NCBI GenBank assembly: GCA_955652635.1
Contig: CATPBN010000103.1
Span: 1-63,930 of the forward strand
Length of the DNA stretch: 63,930 nt
Origin: an uncultured Gemmatimonadaceae bacterium
Lineage (GTDB): Bacteria > Gemmatimonadota > Gemmatimonadetes > Gemmatimonadales > Gemmatimonadaceae
Direction of reading: 5' to 3'
The position numbers were made by a program, and so were the translations under genes. The stretch's first letter is position 1. The number at the start of each line of letters is the position of its first letter. A model generated the notes under the pieces. That model worked only from the letters and a program-made list of their open reading frames with translations. It did not search any database and was not told the DNA's origin. Below are positions 9,897 through 19,956 of the stretch, one piece after another.

Positions 9897-10907
9897 ATGG
9901 CTCAACAACTAGCACAGCTCTCCGCGCACCATCGGCCAGGAGGTGGTTTTCGCAACCCCTGGCCGTCCTCGCAGATGCACGGATTTCTTGATTTTCTGAA
10001 GTGGTCGTTGATAGAACGGCGACGGAATCCGCGCCGTAGAGACCCTGACCCCAGTGTCTTCACGCGGGCGGCTCCTTCGTACGTAATTCCGCGGGCAGCC
10101 CCCGATTTGTTGACCATTACCTGGATCGGGCACACCAGCTTCCTGATCCAGATAGGCGGACTCAACGTGCTGACGGACCCTGTCTGGAGCGAACGCGCAT
10201 CGCCAGTGCAGTTCGCCGGGCCGAGACGATGGGTGCCACCCGCGGTGGAATTTGATGCGCTACCGCCCATCGATGCCGTAATTCTTTCGCACGATCACTA
10301 CGACCATCTCGACTCGTCGACAGTGTCGCGCCTCGCGGAGCGTTATCCCGCGACAAGGTGGTACGCGCCGTTAGGCGTGGGAGCATTCCTCCGCCGGCAC
10401 GGAGCACGTGACGTCATACAGAGCGACTGGTGGGACGAGAGTGCGCTCGGTGAGCTGCGTTTGACCTGCCTCCCCGCTCAACACTTCTCGGGACGAACCT
10501 TTGGCAAACGAAACACCACGCTCTGGTGCGGATGGGCGCTGCGTAGAGAAGACCAGTCTCTCTTCTTTGCCGGGGACACCGCTCTTCATCCGGACTTTGG
10601 CTCTATCGCTACGAGATGCGGGCCTTTCGACGTCGCCATTCTGCCGATCGGCGCCTACGAGCCTCGGTGGTTCATGGGTTCCGTGCACATGAACCCGGAA
10701 GATTGTATCCAAGCCGTCGACCAGCTGGAAGGCGGCCAGCACGGAAACAGGCTCGTGATGATTGCGGCTCACTGGGGGACCTTCAAGCTCACCGATGAAC
10801 CGATGGATGAACCGCCGGCACGAATGCGCGAGCGATGGGGTGCCGCTGGGCGCGTCGGCAGAGACCTGTGGATCATGCGACACGGGGAGACGCGCATCAT
10901 GCCGTGA
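9897..10907 (+). CDS. Metallo-beta-lactamase fold hydrolase (NAPE-PLD-like)
   Basis: SHDHYDHLD, PAQHFSGR, FAGDT, LPIGAYEP and HWGTF motifs. Confidence 0.9.
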   Translation: MAQQLAQLSAHHRPGGGFRNPWPSSQMHGFLDFLKWSLIERRRNPRRRDPDPSVFTRAAPSYVIPRAAPDLLTITWIGHTSFLIQIGGLNVLTDPVWSERASPVQFAGPRRWVPPAVEFDALPPIDAVILSHDHYDHLDSSTVSRLAERYPATRWYAPLGVGAFLRRHGARDVIQSDWWDESALGELRLTCLPAQHFSGRTFGKRNTTLWCGWALRREDQSLFFAGDTALHPDFGSIATRCGPFDVAILPIGAYEPRWFMGSVHMNPEDCIQAVDQLEGGQHGNRLVMIAAHWGTFKLTDEPMDEPPARMRERWGAAGRVGRDLWIMRHGETRIMP

Positions 10908-11018
10908 TCGGAGTGGTTTGCTTCGTCGAATTGTTGCATCACTGTGCGATGGCTCTCACCTTTGTTGTGCGCGAATCTTGCTATCCGTTCTACAAACCCT
11001 CTTACACGGAGCCTTCCA

Positions 11019-11381
11019 ATGGCTGCAGCCAAGAAGTCCAGTAGTCGAAGAAGTGGTAGAAAGAGGTCGCGGTCCAAATCCTCGGGACGCAAGAGCGGAC
11101 GCCGCAAGGTCGCCAGTCGGAAGCGGTCAAGCTCCCGCAAGTCTTCAGGCGCGAGGAAGTCGTCGCGGCGAAAGGGCGGAAGAAAAGCTTCTTCGAGCCG
11201 CAAGAGTGCAGGACGTAAGTCCTCTTCAAGAAAGAAGAGCAGCCGTGGTAGGGCTCGTCGTAGAACGCAGTCTCCCGTGGCTCGCGTGAAGCGTGTCGCA
11301 ACGGGTGTAGTCCAACAGGCTGCGGGGCTGGGCGAGCGCGCCGTCGATACCGTTACTGAATTCGTCCAGGATCGCTTTTAG
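11019..11381 (+). CDS. Highly basic Ser/Arg/Lys-rich protein (histone H1/protamine-like)
   Basis: MAAAKKSSSRRSGRKRSRSKSSGRK...; GGAG 7 nt before ATG 11019; C-terminal amphipathic-looking segment. Confidence 0.7.
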   Translation: MAAAKKSSSRRSGRKRSRSKSSGRKSGRRKVASRKRSSSRKSSGARKSSRRKGGRKASSSRKSAGRKSSSRKKSSRGRARRRTQSPVARVKRVATGVVQQAAGLGERAVDTVTEFVQDRF

Positions 11382-12220
11382 CTTTCAGCGCGTTCGGCAG
11401 CCGCCTTTTCCTTGACGGCTGCCGCGCCGCGGTCGGTGTGCGCTCTCAACCACTGCTCGACCTCCGTGAAGACGCGCTCGCGGCCGTAGTCGACCGTGAT
11501 GATGTGGCCTGCGCCCTCGGTCCAGACCAGTTTCTTTTCTCCCGCATCGAGTGCGTGTAACGCGAACTCGGCGACTTCCGGAAGACAGCGCGGATCTTCC
11601 CGGGATTGAATTATCAGAGTCGGGGCCTTGACGCGTGGGAGGGATTTTCTCGCGAGCCGTACGATCTTCGACAGCTCGTATAGCGCGCGGCCTGTGATGG
11701 AGCCATAGGCCAGGTTTTTCTCCCGCTCGATTGGATCGTGGATCGAGCGCGGATCTCTCGAGTTGACCTCTCCCGCAAATCTTTCCCAGGCCCAGTATGT
11801 CGCTGCCGCCAATCTCAACACTCTCGCCATCCCGAGATATGGGGCAATCAAAACCAGCGCGGGGATCTCCCCGGGCTCAGCTGCTAGCAGCACAGCCAGT
11901 GCGGCACCCATTGAAAGCCCAACGACAGACACGGAATCGCCTCGACGTCGCAACGTCGCGAGCGCGCTCTTGGCAGCTTCGATCCAGTCTCCAGCTCGCG
12001 ATTGGTTGAAGGCATCCATGTTGCGGCCGTGTCCCGGCAGCAACGGCGCATACACGCTGTAGCCGGATTTGTGCAGCTTCCGGGCAAGCAACGCGAGCGT
12101 CTGGGGAGTGTCTCCAAAACCATGCAGGAGGAGGACTCCGGGTGAGCCCTCCTCCTGCAGATCGATCGTTTGCGCGCCACGTATTACCGGCGCTGTGTCA
12201 GCGCTCTGTTGCCCGTCCAT
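11378..12220 (-). CDS. Alpha/beta hydrolase (carboxylesterase/monoacylglycerol lipase type)
   Basis: LLHGF, LPGHG, GLSMG nucleophile motif, D and H triad residues. Confidence 0.9.
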   Translation of the reverse strand: MDGQQSADTAPVIRGAQTIDLQEEGSPGVLLLHGFGDTPQTLALLARKLHKSGYSVYAPLLPGHGRNMDAFNQSRAGDWIEAAKSALATLRRRGDSVSVVGLSMGAALAVLLAAEPGEIPALVLIAPYLGMARVLRLAAATYWAWERFAGEVNSRDPRSIHDPIEREKNLAYGSITGRALYELSKIVRLARKSLPRVKAPTLIIQSREDPRCLPEVAEFALHALDAGEKKLVWTEGAGHIITVDYGRERVFTEVEQWLRAHTDRGAAAVKEKAAAERAES

Positions 12221-12226
12221 TCAGTG

Positions 12227-12988
12227 TCACTGAGGCGACAACTCTCTCGTCATCGGCAGCGTGGAATCTGTGTCGTGCCCGTTGCCAAGCCCGGCAGCAA
12301 GAGAGTTGGGCTCGATCAGAAACGTCATTCCCTTCCTCTCGGCAATTCCGGCCGACACGAGCCGGCTGAGCGCCAGAGCAATCGACTCGCGGGTCGCGCC
12401 GACCATCTCGCAAAGAAGGCGGTGGTGGTTGTTCTCGAGCTTAAGTCGCCCATCATCCGTAGTGAAGCTGCGATCAGTGCTGAGGTGTGAGAGCGTGGAT
12501 ATGAGGCGCTGGTCGACATTGAGCGCTGCGAGCTCGTGCAACTTCTCGAGTAGGTATGCGCGCTCAGACATTATCTGCGACAGCAGTGGAAGTGTCTGGC
12601 TGGGCTGTTCTCTCACGAAGGCGCGAAACTGTGCCCCGCTGAGAAACAATGTCTTCGTTTCCTCGGATGCGTTGGCGTCAGTTACGTAATCACTGTTCGG
12701 TGACAGACCTTCGCTTCCGAATGTCTGCCCCGTGGTGGCGACCACGGGAACGAATCCGCGCCCGACTTTGATCTTGTTGCGAAGAACGACGTGCCCGTTC
12801 AGAACGACGAAGACTCCGTCTGCCGCTGCACCGCGTTGGTAGAGCTGGAATCCAGCCGGCCAGGTTGCCCTCGCACCATACGCTGCAATCGGCACCACTT
12901 CTTCCGGAGTGAGACGTGATCGTCTCGCTTCTGCTCGCGCGATTCTTGTCACCTTTCGTCCGGTCGTGCTGTCATCGATCACGATCAT
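12227..12988 (-). CDS. Crp/Fnr-family transcriptional regulator
   Basis: cNMP-binding-like N-domain (LYQRG...VVLNGHV...GQTFG) and C-terminal HTH (LCEMVGATRESIALALSRL). Confidence 0.85.
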   Translation of the reverse strand: MIVIDDSTTGRKVTRIARAEARRSRLTPEEVVPIAAYGARATWPAGFQLYQRGAAADGVFVVLNGHVVLRNKIKVGRGFVPVVATTGQTFGSEGLSPNSDYVTDANASEETKTLFLSGAQFRAFVREQPSQTLPLLSQIMSERAYLLEKLHELAALNVDQRLISTLSHLSTDRSFTTDDGRLKLENNHHRLLCEMVGATRESIALALSRLVSAGIAERKGMTFLIEPNSLAAGLGNGHDTDSTLPMTRELSPQ

Positions 12989-13034
12989 CGCAATGTCCGG
13001 GCCTGAGACAGCGCGCGTAACGCGAGCCGTATTT

Positions 13035-15131
13035 TCAGTTTTTCTGTAGCAATCCTGTTGCCACTTGCAATGCTCGCGTCGCCGAATCGAAGCGTTGAGC
13101 GATGTCCGTTAGCTCCCGAGCGGTTGCAGTTTCATCGCCAAGTCGAATCGCTTCGTTTACCGATGGCAGCACCATCGTCGAGTAACCGTTGTTCTCGTCT
13201 GCGGCGTAAATCAGGTTTCTGAACCAGGGCCGCGTTACAAGTCCCTGTGCTCTGGTAAGCTGTCGTTCGACCCCGAGAAGAGAAGCGTTGACCTGTTTTG
13301 CGGTCGCGGGAGACAGTTGAGCAGCAAGCGCACGGTCTCGCGCAGTCGAGAACGCGACGGCTGCACTTTCCATTCTTCCAACGGCTCCGGATAGTTCGGC
13401 AGCGGACAATTTCCAATGCTTGTCAGACATTGTCTGACCGACCTGCGAAGCGAACCGCTTCATCGTCCGCGCGTATTCCACGTAGTCGTACGGAAGAATC
13501 TCGGCGTTTGCGAGCCTCAAGAGCGTGGCGGCACCAATGCGCGCATTCGTAGCATGAAACTCGAAACTCGGGTCACCGAATTTCGACATCCAATGATAGG
13601 AGTCGTACGCGGAGTGGTAGACACCCTGCGGTCCACCGAATCCCCAATCCGCGATTGGAATTCCAAGATGATTGTAGAAGCCCGCGAAGTCGGAGCCGCC
13701 ACCGGGGTCGCCCATTTCTGGCTCGAGTGTGTCGGCTGCGAGCTTTGCCCGTTTTCTCCAGACATCGTAAACGCTCCCTTGATGGCTCGGGTCAGGCACT
13801 TCCTTGGCGACGTCGCGCAGCAGTGCGCGCAACGATGGAGACCCGCCTCCGCTGAAGTTCGGCCCCTGAGCAACGTCATCCTGATTGAGGTAGGCAACGG
13901 CGTTTCTGCTCAGACGCAGCGAGTCTTCCTCGACGAATTCCGTCGAGCCGATCAATCCCCACTCTTCGGCGTCCCACGTCGCGAATATGATCGTGCGCTT
14001 TGGTCTCCGCCCAGCCTTGACCTGCTCGGCGATTGTCCGCGCTGCCTCTAGCACGCTGACCGTGCCGCTGACGTTGTCAGCTGCTCCGGGTCCCCACGCA
14101 TCGCGGTGGCCGCCTACCAGAACGATTTCATCCGGAAATTCCGCTCCACGAATCGTTCCGAATGTGTCCCAGATCTGTTTGTATGGACTTGTGTTGGCAT
14201 CAGTCGCCACCGCGATTCGAGCTTGTACGGGCCCGGGCCCGACGTGGTACCTGAAGGAAAGACCGCCCTGCCACGGTTGAGGAATCGAGTTTCCGCCCAA
14301 TCCACGAAGCAGCTCCGTTGCATTCCCGTACGAGACGGGCAGTACCGGAATGTGCGGGATGTCCATTTGGGCGACCGGGATGCGCCGCGCGTTTGGCGTG
14401 CTCGGATACCCAGGAGTGCTCGGATCACCATTCGGATTCATGACGCTCCCACGCTGAATTCCGTGGGATGGGCGCATCGGACCGGTCGGGTAAACGTCGC
14501 CGCGTACATATCCATCGTCGGCGGGATCGCTGTAGATGATCAGCCCGAGTGCTCCGTGTTTCTCAGCCTCTCGTGCCTTGATGCCTCGATATGATCGCCC
14601 GTACCGTGCAACCGCAATTTTGCCTTTGACCGACACGCCCATGGAATCGAGCTGTGCGTAGTCCTCGATCAACCCGTAGTTAACGTAGACGACATCGCCA
14701 CGAACATCGCCGGGCGCGCCATAGCCATTGAACGCCGTTACTTGTGGATAGGCAGAAGAGGTCGTGTCCTCGGGAATTACGCCCTCTTTCAGATCGAGCT
14801 CGACCGGATTGGGCGCGATCCGCCAGACTTGTGTGCTCACAGGGTGCGGCATCCAAACGCTATAGGAGCGCACCTCCGTTTCGAGTCCCCACGATTTCAT
14901 CTGATTGATCACGTAGTCGCGGGTTCGCGCCTGAGCTGGGGTGCCAGCCATGTGCGGCTGCAGCGACAGAAATCTCGAGTGCGCGGAAGCTCTCGACGGC
15001 GACGGCCGCGCGATTGCGTCCGACTCCACGGCCCGTTCCGCGACTGCAGCTTGCTGGGAGTACCCGGGAGTCGTCTGCGCCCTCAGAGGCATCGATAGTG
15101 CGAGCAATACAACCAAGACGATGTTCTTCAT
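13035..15131 (-). CDS. M28 glutamate carboxypeptidase II-like peptidase (PA and TfR-like dimerisation domains), secreted
   Basis: Signal peptide; YVNYG, YSDPADDG, GHRDAW, GAADN, WDAEEWGLIGS, GSDF, YHS. Confidence 0.92.
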   Translation of the reverse strand: MKNIVLVVLLALSMPLRAQTTPGYSQQAAVAERAVESDAIARPSPSRASAHSRFLSLQPHMAGTPAQARTRDYVINQMKSWGLETEVRSYSVWMPHPVSTQVWRIAPNPVELDLKEGVIPEDTTSSAYPQVTAFNGYGAPGDVRGDVVYVNYGLIEDYAQLDSMGVSVKGKIAVARYGRSYRGIKAREAEKHGALGLIIYSDPADDGYVRGDVYPTGPMRPSHGIQRGSVMNPNGDPSTPGYPSTPNARRIPVAQMDIPHIPVLPVSYGNATELLRGLGGNSIPQPWQGGLSFRYHVGPGPVQARIAVATDANTSPYKQIWDTFGTIRGAEFPDEIVLVGGHRDAWGPGAADNVSGTVSVLEAARTIAEQVKAGRRPKRTIIFATWDAEEWGLIGSTEFVEEDSLRLSRNAVAYLNQDDVAQGPNFSGGGSPSLRALLRDVAKEVPDPSHQGSVYDVWRKRAKLAADTLEPEMGDPGGGSDFAGFYNHLGIPIADWGFGGPQGVYHSAYDSYHWMSKFGDPSFEFHATNARIGAATLLRLANAEILPYDYVEYARTMKRFASQVGQTMSDKHWKLSAAELSGAVGRMESAAVAFSTARDRALAAQLSPATAKQVNASLLGVERQLTRAQGLVTRPWFRNLIYAADENNGYSTMVLPSVNEAIRLGDETATARELTDIAQRFDSATRALQVATGLLQKN

Positions 15132-15183
15132 TCCGTGTGATATCCTCTGTGTGATGATGTCTGCTCCCCAACGGCGTCCATCC

Positions 15184-15795
15184 TCATTCGTCGAGTTGAT
15201 CGAGCGCTGCCTTGATGGCCTCCCGTAATCTTGCCTCGCCCTGTTCGCCGGGATTGATGCCTCCCGCCAGGGAATGAAACTTGGAGAGCATCTCAGCTTC
15301 CACGAATTTCTCGGGCTCGCGAATGCCCAACGATTCGAGACTTCGAATCGCCAGTCGCCGGAGGAGCTCGAGCGTCGCCCGGTCCAGATCCTTTAGAGAC
15401 TCTGGATTTATTGCGGGTGCTATCGGTGTGCGATCCCGCCTCCGTCTGGGCGCTTCAAGAAGTGAGGAGATCGATCCCAGTTTGACCACGAATGACCCTG
15501 GAGAATGCTCTCTCCACTCACTTACCACCCCGCGCCTGCGAAGGGACGGCAGCAGCGAGAGAATCGCCTCCCGGACTGCGGAGACTCCGTTTGGACTCTG
15601 ATTTCCACGACCTGTTATCACCAGAACCTCGACTGCCCGACTGATTTGCCGCTCGCGCAGCCAGGCTTCGGTTCGAAAACGCGCGTCGGCCGCAGAAGGA
15701 AGCGATTCCCTGAGGTTGAGCGTGTTCTTCGACCCGAATTCGGCTTCGTCGAATGCCCTCAGGACCGAGCTACGGGAGATCCTATCTGATCGCAT
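15184..15795 (-). CDS. Smr-domain-like protein with C-terminal helical extension
   Basis: TLNL...VLVITGRGNQS...VREAI...PGSFVV matches the Smr pattern. Start is uncertain. Confidence 0.7.
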   Translation of the reverse strand: MRSDRISRSSVLRAFDEAEFGSKNTLNLRESLPSAADARFRTEAWLRERQISRAVEVLVITGRGNQSPNGVSAVREAILSLLPSLRRRGVVSEWREHSPGSFVVKLGSISSLLEAPRRRRDRTPIAPAINPESLKDLDRATLELLRRLAIRSLESLGIREPEKFVEAEMLSKFHSLAGGINPGEQGEARLREAIKAALDQLDE

Positions 15796-17422
15796 TCTGG
15801 AGAACGTGTCCGTCGAGTTTTTCCTGCGGTGTGACATGGACGATCGCCGCGAGCGTTGGAGCCATGTCCACCACTCCCGCGAACTCGTCGTACCGTCCTG
15901 GTTTGACGCTGGTCCCGTAGAAAATGATCGGCACGTGAGCATCGATGTCGTTCGGACTACCGTGCTGCGCGATATAGCCCGAGAGCCAGTAGTTGTAGGG
16001 GGCTAGAGTAACTACGAGCGCGGCCTTGTCCTCATCGGCAAACATGTGCAGCCAGCGCCGCGCAATTCTGTCGTTCACCGTATCTCGCTCAGCGAGCTCT
16101 GAAATCCTGTCCGCGCGAGCAACGCCGGGTACTTTCAAAAACGCAGCACGAACCTCCCGCACCAGTGAATCACGATTGATTCGGGCCTTGCTCAACGCAG
16201 TACGATCGAGCTCGAGCACTCCACCATCGAAGGAAAATCCGTTGCCGGTGTACACCCCCGCGATGAAGTTGAGCCCGTATCCCGTCACTCCCGCTGCAGC
16301 GAGTGAGTTGCTGAGACGCTGCAACAGGGGACGCGGATTGACGCGAATAGCCCCCGTGTTTGGATCGTGCGCGTGGACTTCCGGAAAAGGGGTAAGCCCA
16401 TGATCGGCAGTGAGCGCAATGACGACGTCGCCAGGGTTCCGGATTCGGTAGAGGGAATCCAGAAAGACTCCAAGGGCACGGTCGAGTCGAAGGATTTGAT
16501 CGTGGACTTCGCGTGAGTCGGGCCCGTAACGATGACCGACCGCATCGGTTGTCGAGAGCGAGATGGACAACAGGTCAGTCTGCGGCCCTGTACCTAGATT
16601 CAGCGCGTTCACGCCAGCCATGGCAAAATCGAGCGTCAGCTCGTCCATCCACGGAAACTCCAAAAGCAGTCGGGCCGCCGTGTCGGGCGAGCTCGATTCA
16701 AGGTGAGGAAATCTGAAGTTGACGCCATTGCTCTCTATCGGAACGCTGTCAGGTTCGCTGTAAGCGCTGTCGGCCAGCAGTAGCTCCCAAGCTTTTCCCG
16801 CGTAGCTCGCTGGCAGCTTGCGCGCGTTGAAAACACGAACCCACTCTGGCAGGCTCGAGCCATAATAAGTGCTCGTTGTGAAGATCCCATTCGGTGCGTA
16901 CCAGAAAACGGGTTGCTTGGATCTCCCGATGGGCAGGATTGCGGCACGGTCCTTTCTGGAAACGGAAAGAACGCGAGTACGAGGATCCTTCGCGATTAGC
17001 CAATCCGCTAGCGTGGTTCCGCGAAAACGAAATGGTGAGGCGCCAAGACCTGAGGCATCTATGAGGCTGACGGTTGTGTCGTTTACTCCGGCGGTATTCG
17101 CAGATATGCCGGTGTGAACCGGATATCGACCCGACAAGATCACCGAATGTCCCGGTGCTGTCTCGGTTATCGCATGATCCTGGAATCCATTGGTGAATAC
17201 GGCGCCGCCGTTGTATAACCTTCCCAACCCGCCAGTGAGCTGCCTGGCATAGCGCGTTAGATAGTCCGGGCGCATCGCATCGACTGTCACAAAGACCACC
17301 AGCTTTGGTGCTTGCGAGTTGCTCACCTGACCGACTGCCGGATACGCGGCAAACCCGGCCAATAAAATCGGGAGCGAGAGCGTGAATCGACGGATCATTG
17401 TCACAGTATTGAAGGGGTTCAT
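15782..17422 (-). CDS. Alkaline phosphatase superfamily protein (PafA-like), secreted
   Basis: VDAMR, TETAPGH (Thr nucleophile), KDR, TDAVGH, TADHG, HGS. Start is 17422 (ATGA overlap) or 17398. Confidence 0.9.
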   Translation of the reverse strand: MNPFNTVTMIRRFTLSLPILLAGFAAYPAVGQVSNSQAPKLVVFVTVDAMRPDYLTRYARQLTGGLGRLYNGGAVFTNGFQDHAITETAPGHSVILSGRYPVHTGISANTAGVNDTTVSLIDASGLGASPFRFRGTTLADWLIAKDPRTRVLSVSRKDRAAILPIGRSKQPVFWYAPNGIFTTSTYYGSSLPEWVRVFNARKLPASYAGKAWELLLADSAYSEPDSVPIESNGVNFRFPHLESSSPDTAARLLLEFPWMDELTLDFAMAGVNALNLGTGPQTDLLSISLSTTDAVGHRYGPDSREVHDQILRLDRALGVFLDSLYRIRNPGDVVIALTADHGLTPFPEVHAHDPNTGAIRVNPRPLLQRLSNSLAAAGVTGYGLNFIAGVYTGNGFSFDGGVLELDRTALSKARINRDSLVREVRAAFLKVPGVARADRISELAERDTVNDRIARRWLHMFADEDKAALVVTLAPYNYWLSGYIAQHGSPNDIDAHVPIIFYGTSVKPGRYDEFAGVVDMAPTLAAIVHVTPQEKLDGHVLQNAIR

Positions 17423-17910
17423 TTGCATTGCGCGGGCGCACCAGCGGGTAATCCGAATGCCGTGGTCACTGCGATCTTCCATCCCTCAGTCGTCTTCACG
17501 AACACTCGCTCGGATGTTCCGCTCGAAGTCGTATCCTTCTGTGTCACAGTGTAGCAGTAGGTGCCGTAGACGACACCAGACGCAACTGGTATCACGCGCA
17601 AGTCTCTGGCGATTAGAGTGTCCGGCCAGCTAGAATCGCGTCGAGCACTCCAGTTTTCGTACCCGAGCTCGAGTCCGGAAGAACCGTTACGCGCCAGCGA
17701 GCTGGTGTGAAGATACGTCGCGAGATAACGCGCGCGGTCACGTTTGTGTATCGCGTCAATATTCTCTTCAAACAATCGGCGTGCTTCGACTGTATCGGAC
17801 GTGGTGGCCGCTGCCACCGGTGCCCCGGTGTTAATTGGCACGGGACTACATGCAGCTGCCGCGATGAGAAATGCGAGAAGTCGGCCGGACGAGAGTCGTG
17901 CCAATGACAT
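17419..17910 (-). CDS. NTF2/SnoaL-like (DUF4440-type) lipoprotein
   Basis: Lipobox AAAAC; NTF2-like C-terminus RVFVKTTEGWKI. Confidence 0.7.
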   Translation of the reverse strand: MSLARLSSGRLLAFLIAAAACSPVPINTGAPVAAATTSDTVEARRLFEENIDAIHKRDRARYLATYLHTSSLARNGSSGLELGYENWSARRDSSWPDTLIARDLRVIPVASGVVYGTYCYTVTQKDTTSSGTSERVFVKTTEGWKIAVTTAFGLPAGAPAQCK

Positions 17911-17977
17911 ACCGTCTCTGCGAAGAAGTCTCCGGTATGTTAACCGCAGACGGTGGCATTGGCGACTCCGATCCGTG

Positions 17978-19192
17978 CTACTGCGCGATGATCTTCTCGA
18001 TGATGGAGAGTCCGCGGACAAGATCGTCCCGGTCCATTGTGAGCGGAGGAAGGAGACGGAGCGTATGCTCGCCGGCCGTGAGCGTGAGAATCCCCTCGTC
18101 CCACCCCCGTTTGACGATGTCGCCGGCGGGTTCCAGAACGTCGAGTCCCCAGATGAAGCCGATTCCCCGTATTGCGCGAACTTTCCCTGAGCGACGCGCA
18201 ATTGCATCGAGCTGCGCTCCGAGCCACGCCCCGTTTTCGCGAACAGATTCGAGCAACGCTGGGTTGGAGAGACGCTCCAGCACGTGCGCGGCGACGGCAG
18301 ATACGAGGGGACCGCCGCCAAACGTGGTCCCGTGATCCCCCGACTGGATTGTAGCAGCAATTTCCTCAGATACGAGAACGGCGCCCATTGGCAGTCCGCC
18401 AGCCAAAGGCTTGGCGAGCGTTAGCATGTCGGGAACCACTCCGCTTTTTTCGTATGCGAAGAGGTGGCCCGTCCTGCCCAATCCGCACTGGATCTCGTCG
18501 AAGATGAGCGCGATCTCCCGCTTGGATGTGAGTGTCCTCAGCGTTTCGAGAAAAGCGTCATCGAGGACGCGCACTCCGCCTTCGCCCTGCACCGGTTCGA
18601 CGATCAGCGCCGCGACCGTCTCTTCATCGAGCGCCGTCTCGAGATCAGACAGGTCGCGCTCGCAAATTGACACGGCTCCCGCGAGGGGACGGAACGGCGC
18701 GCGATACGACGGCCGATCTGTCGCCGCCAACGACGCGAACAATCTCCCGTGAAAGCTCCCGCGCAGAGCGATGATCTCGACCTTGGCGTCAGTGCCGATC
18801 TTTCGTGCCCACCGTCTCGCAAACTTGAATGCGCCTTCGTTCGCTTCCGCACCGGAATTACAGAAAAAGACCTTCGACGCAAAAGAGCACTCGACCAGCT
18901 TGTCCGCGAGCTGCTCCCCCGCGGGCGTCCGATAGAGATTCGAGGTGTGAATCAATCCGTTGTTCAAAGCCTCGCTCACCACTCGCGCGACCCCGGCATC
19001 ACCGTAACCGAGTGCGTTTACGGCGATTCCACTGGCGAAATCCAGATACCGTTTGCCGTTTGCATCGATGAGCTCGACTCCTTCTCCCCTCACGAACTCC
19101 ATCGGAGCGCGCTTGTAGGTACCGAGAAGCGACGTCTCCACGGCGGCAGCGACGACAGCTTGTTCTTCGATGGGCAGCGTGACGGCTGTCAT
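17978..19192 (-). CDS. argD: Acetylornithine aminotransferase
   Basis: NSGAEANE, SFHGR, EPVQGEGG, DEIQCGLGRTG, TLAK and HGTTFGG motifs; arg cluster context. Confidence 0.95.
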   Translation of the reverse strand: MTAVTLPIEEQAVVAAAVETSLLGTYKRAPMEFVRGEGVELIDANGKRYLDFASGIAVNALGYGDAGVARVVSEALNNGLIHTSNLYRTPAGEQLADKLVECSFASKVFFCNSGAEANEGAFKFARRWARKIGTDAKVEIIALRGSFHGRLFASLAATDRPSYRAPFRPLAGAVSICERDLSDLETALDEETVAALIVEPVQGEGGVRVLDDAFLETLRTLTSKREIALIFDEIQCGLGRTGHLFAYEKSGVVPDMLTLAKPLAGGLPMGAVLVSEEIAATIQSGDHGTTFGGGPLVSAVAAHVLERLSNPALLESVRENGAWLGAQLDAIARRSGKVRAIRGIGFIWGLDVLEPAGDIVKRGWDEGILTLTAGEHTLRLLPPLTMDRDDLVRGLSIIEKIIAQ

Positions 19193-19956
19193 GTGACTAC
19201 GCTCTGGGATTGAGTAATGAAAGTACCCCGCCCGTCATCCACGAGACCGGCGAGATCGCAGATTCGCACACGATCGACTCCTGCGACAAGAGCCGAATGG
19301 GCTGATTCCAGCTTGGCCGCCATTCCTCCCGCGGCTGTTCCGTTTTCGATCAGTTCCCGTGCGGACTCGAGGGTGATTGCGGGCAGCACTTCACCCTGTT
19401 CATCCCGCACTCCTTCGACATCGGCAATCAGGAGTAGCTCGTCCGCCTGAAGGGCCGCGGCGATGGCGGAAGCCGCATCATCGCCATTCACGTTGAGCGC
19501 GCCACCTTCTTCGCTTTCGCCGTTATAGCCCACCGGTGAGATAATCGGAAGATTGCCCGCCTCCATCAGAACAAGAAGAAGCTTCGAGTTGACGGTTGTT
19601 GGCCGCCCGGCAAAACCGAGAGACTCGGCGTCGATGATCTCCGCCCTTATCAGAGCGCCATCCTCCCCCGATAGACCGACCGCAGAGACTCCTGCCGCAA
19701 CCAGCCCATTCACAAGTCGCTTGTTCACCACCCCCGAGAGCACCATTCGCAGCAGGTCGAGATCGCTCTTCGACGTAACCCGGCGACCGCCGATGAATAC
19801 TGCTTCCCTGCCAAGCGCTCTCTGCATCGCCGAAACCTCGTCTCCACCGCCGTGTACTACGCACAGAGATTTTGGCGAGTCATTCCACGCTTCACCGAGG
19901 AATGTGAACAAGCGAGGATCGGCCTGGGCACGCCCGCCTATCTTCACGACACGCAT
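19189..19956 (-). CDS. argB: Acetylglutamate kinase
   Basis: VVKIGG, VHGGG, GRRVT, LNVNGD and GGMAAK motifs. Confidence 0.93.
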   Translation of the reverse strand: MRVVKIGGRAQADPRLFTFLGEAWNDSPKSLCVVHGGGDEVSAMQRALGREAVFIGGRRVTSKSDLDLLRMVLSGVVNKRLVNGLVAAGVSAVGLSGEDGALIRAEIIDAESLGFAGRPTTVNSKLLLVLMEAGNLPIISPVGYNGESEEGGALNVNGDDAASAIAAALQADELLLIADVEGVRDEQGEVLPAITLESARELIENGTAAGGMAAKLESAHSALVAGVDRVRICDLAGLVDDGRGTFITQSQSVVT

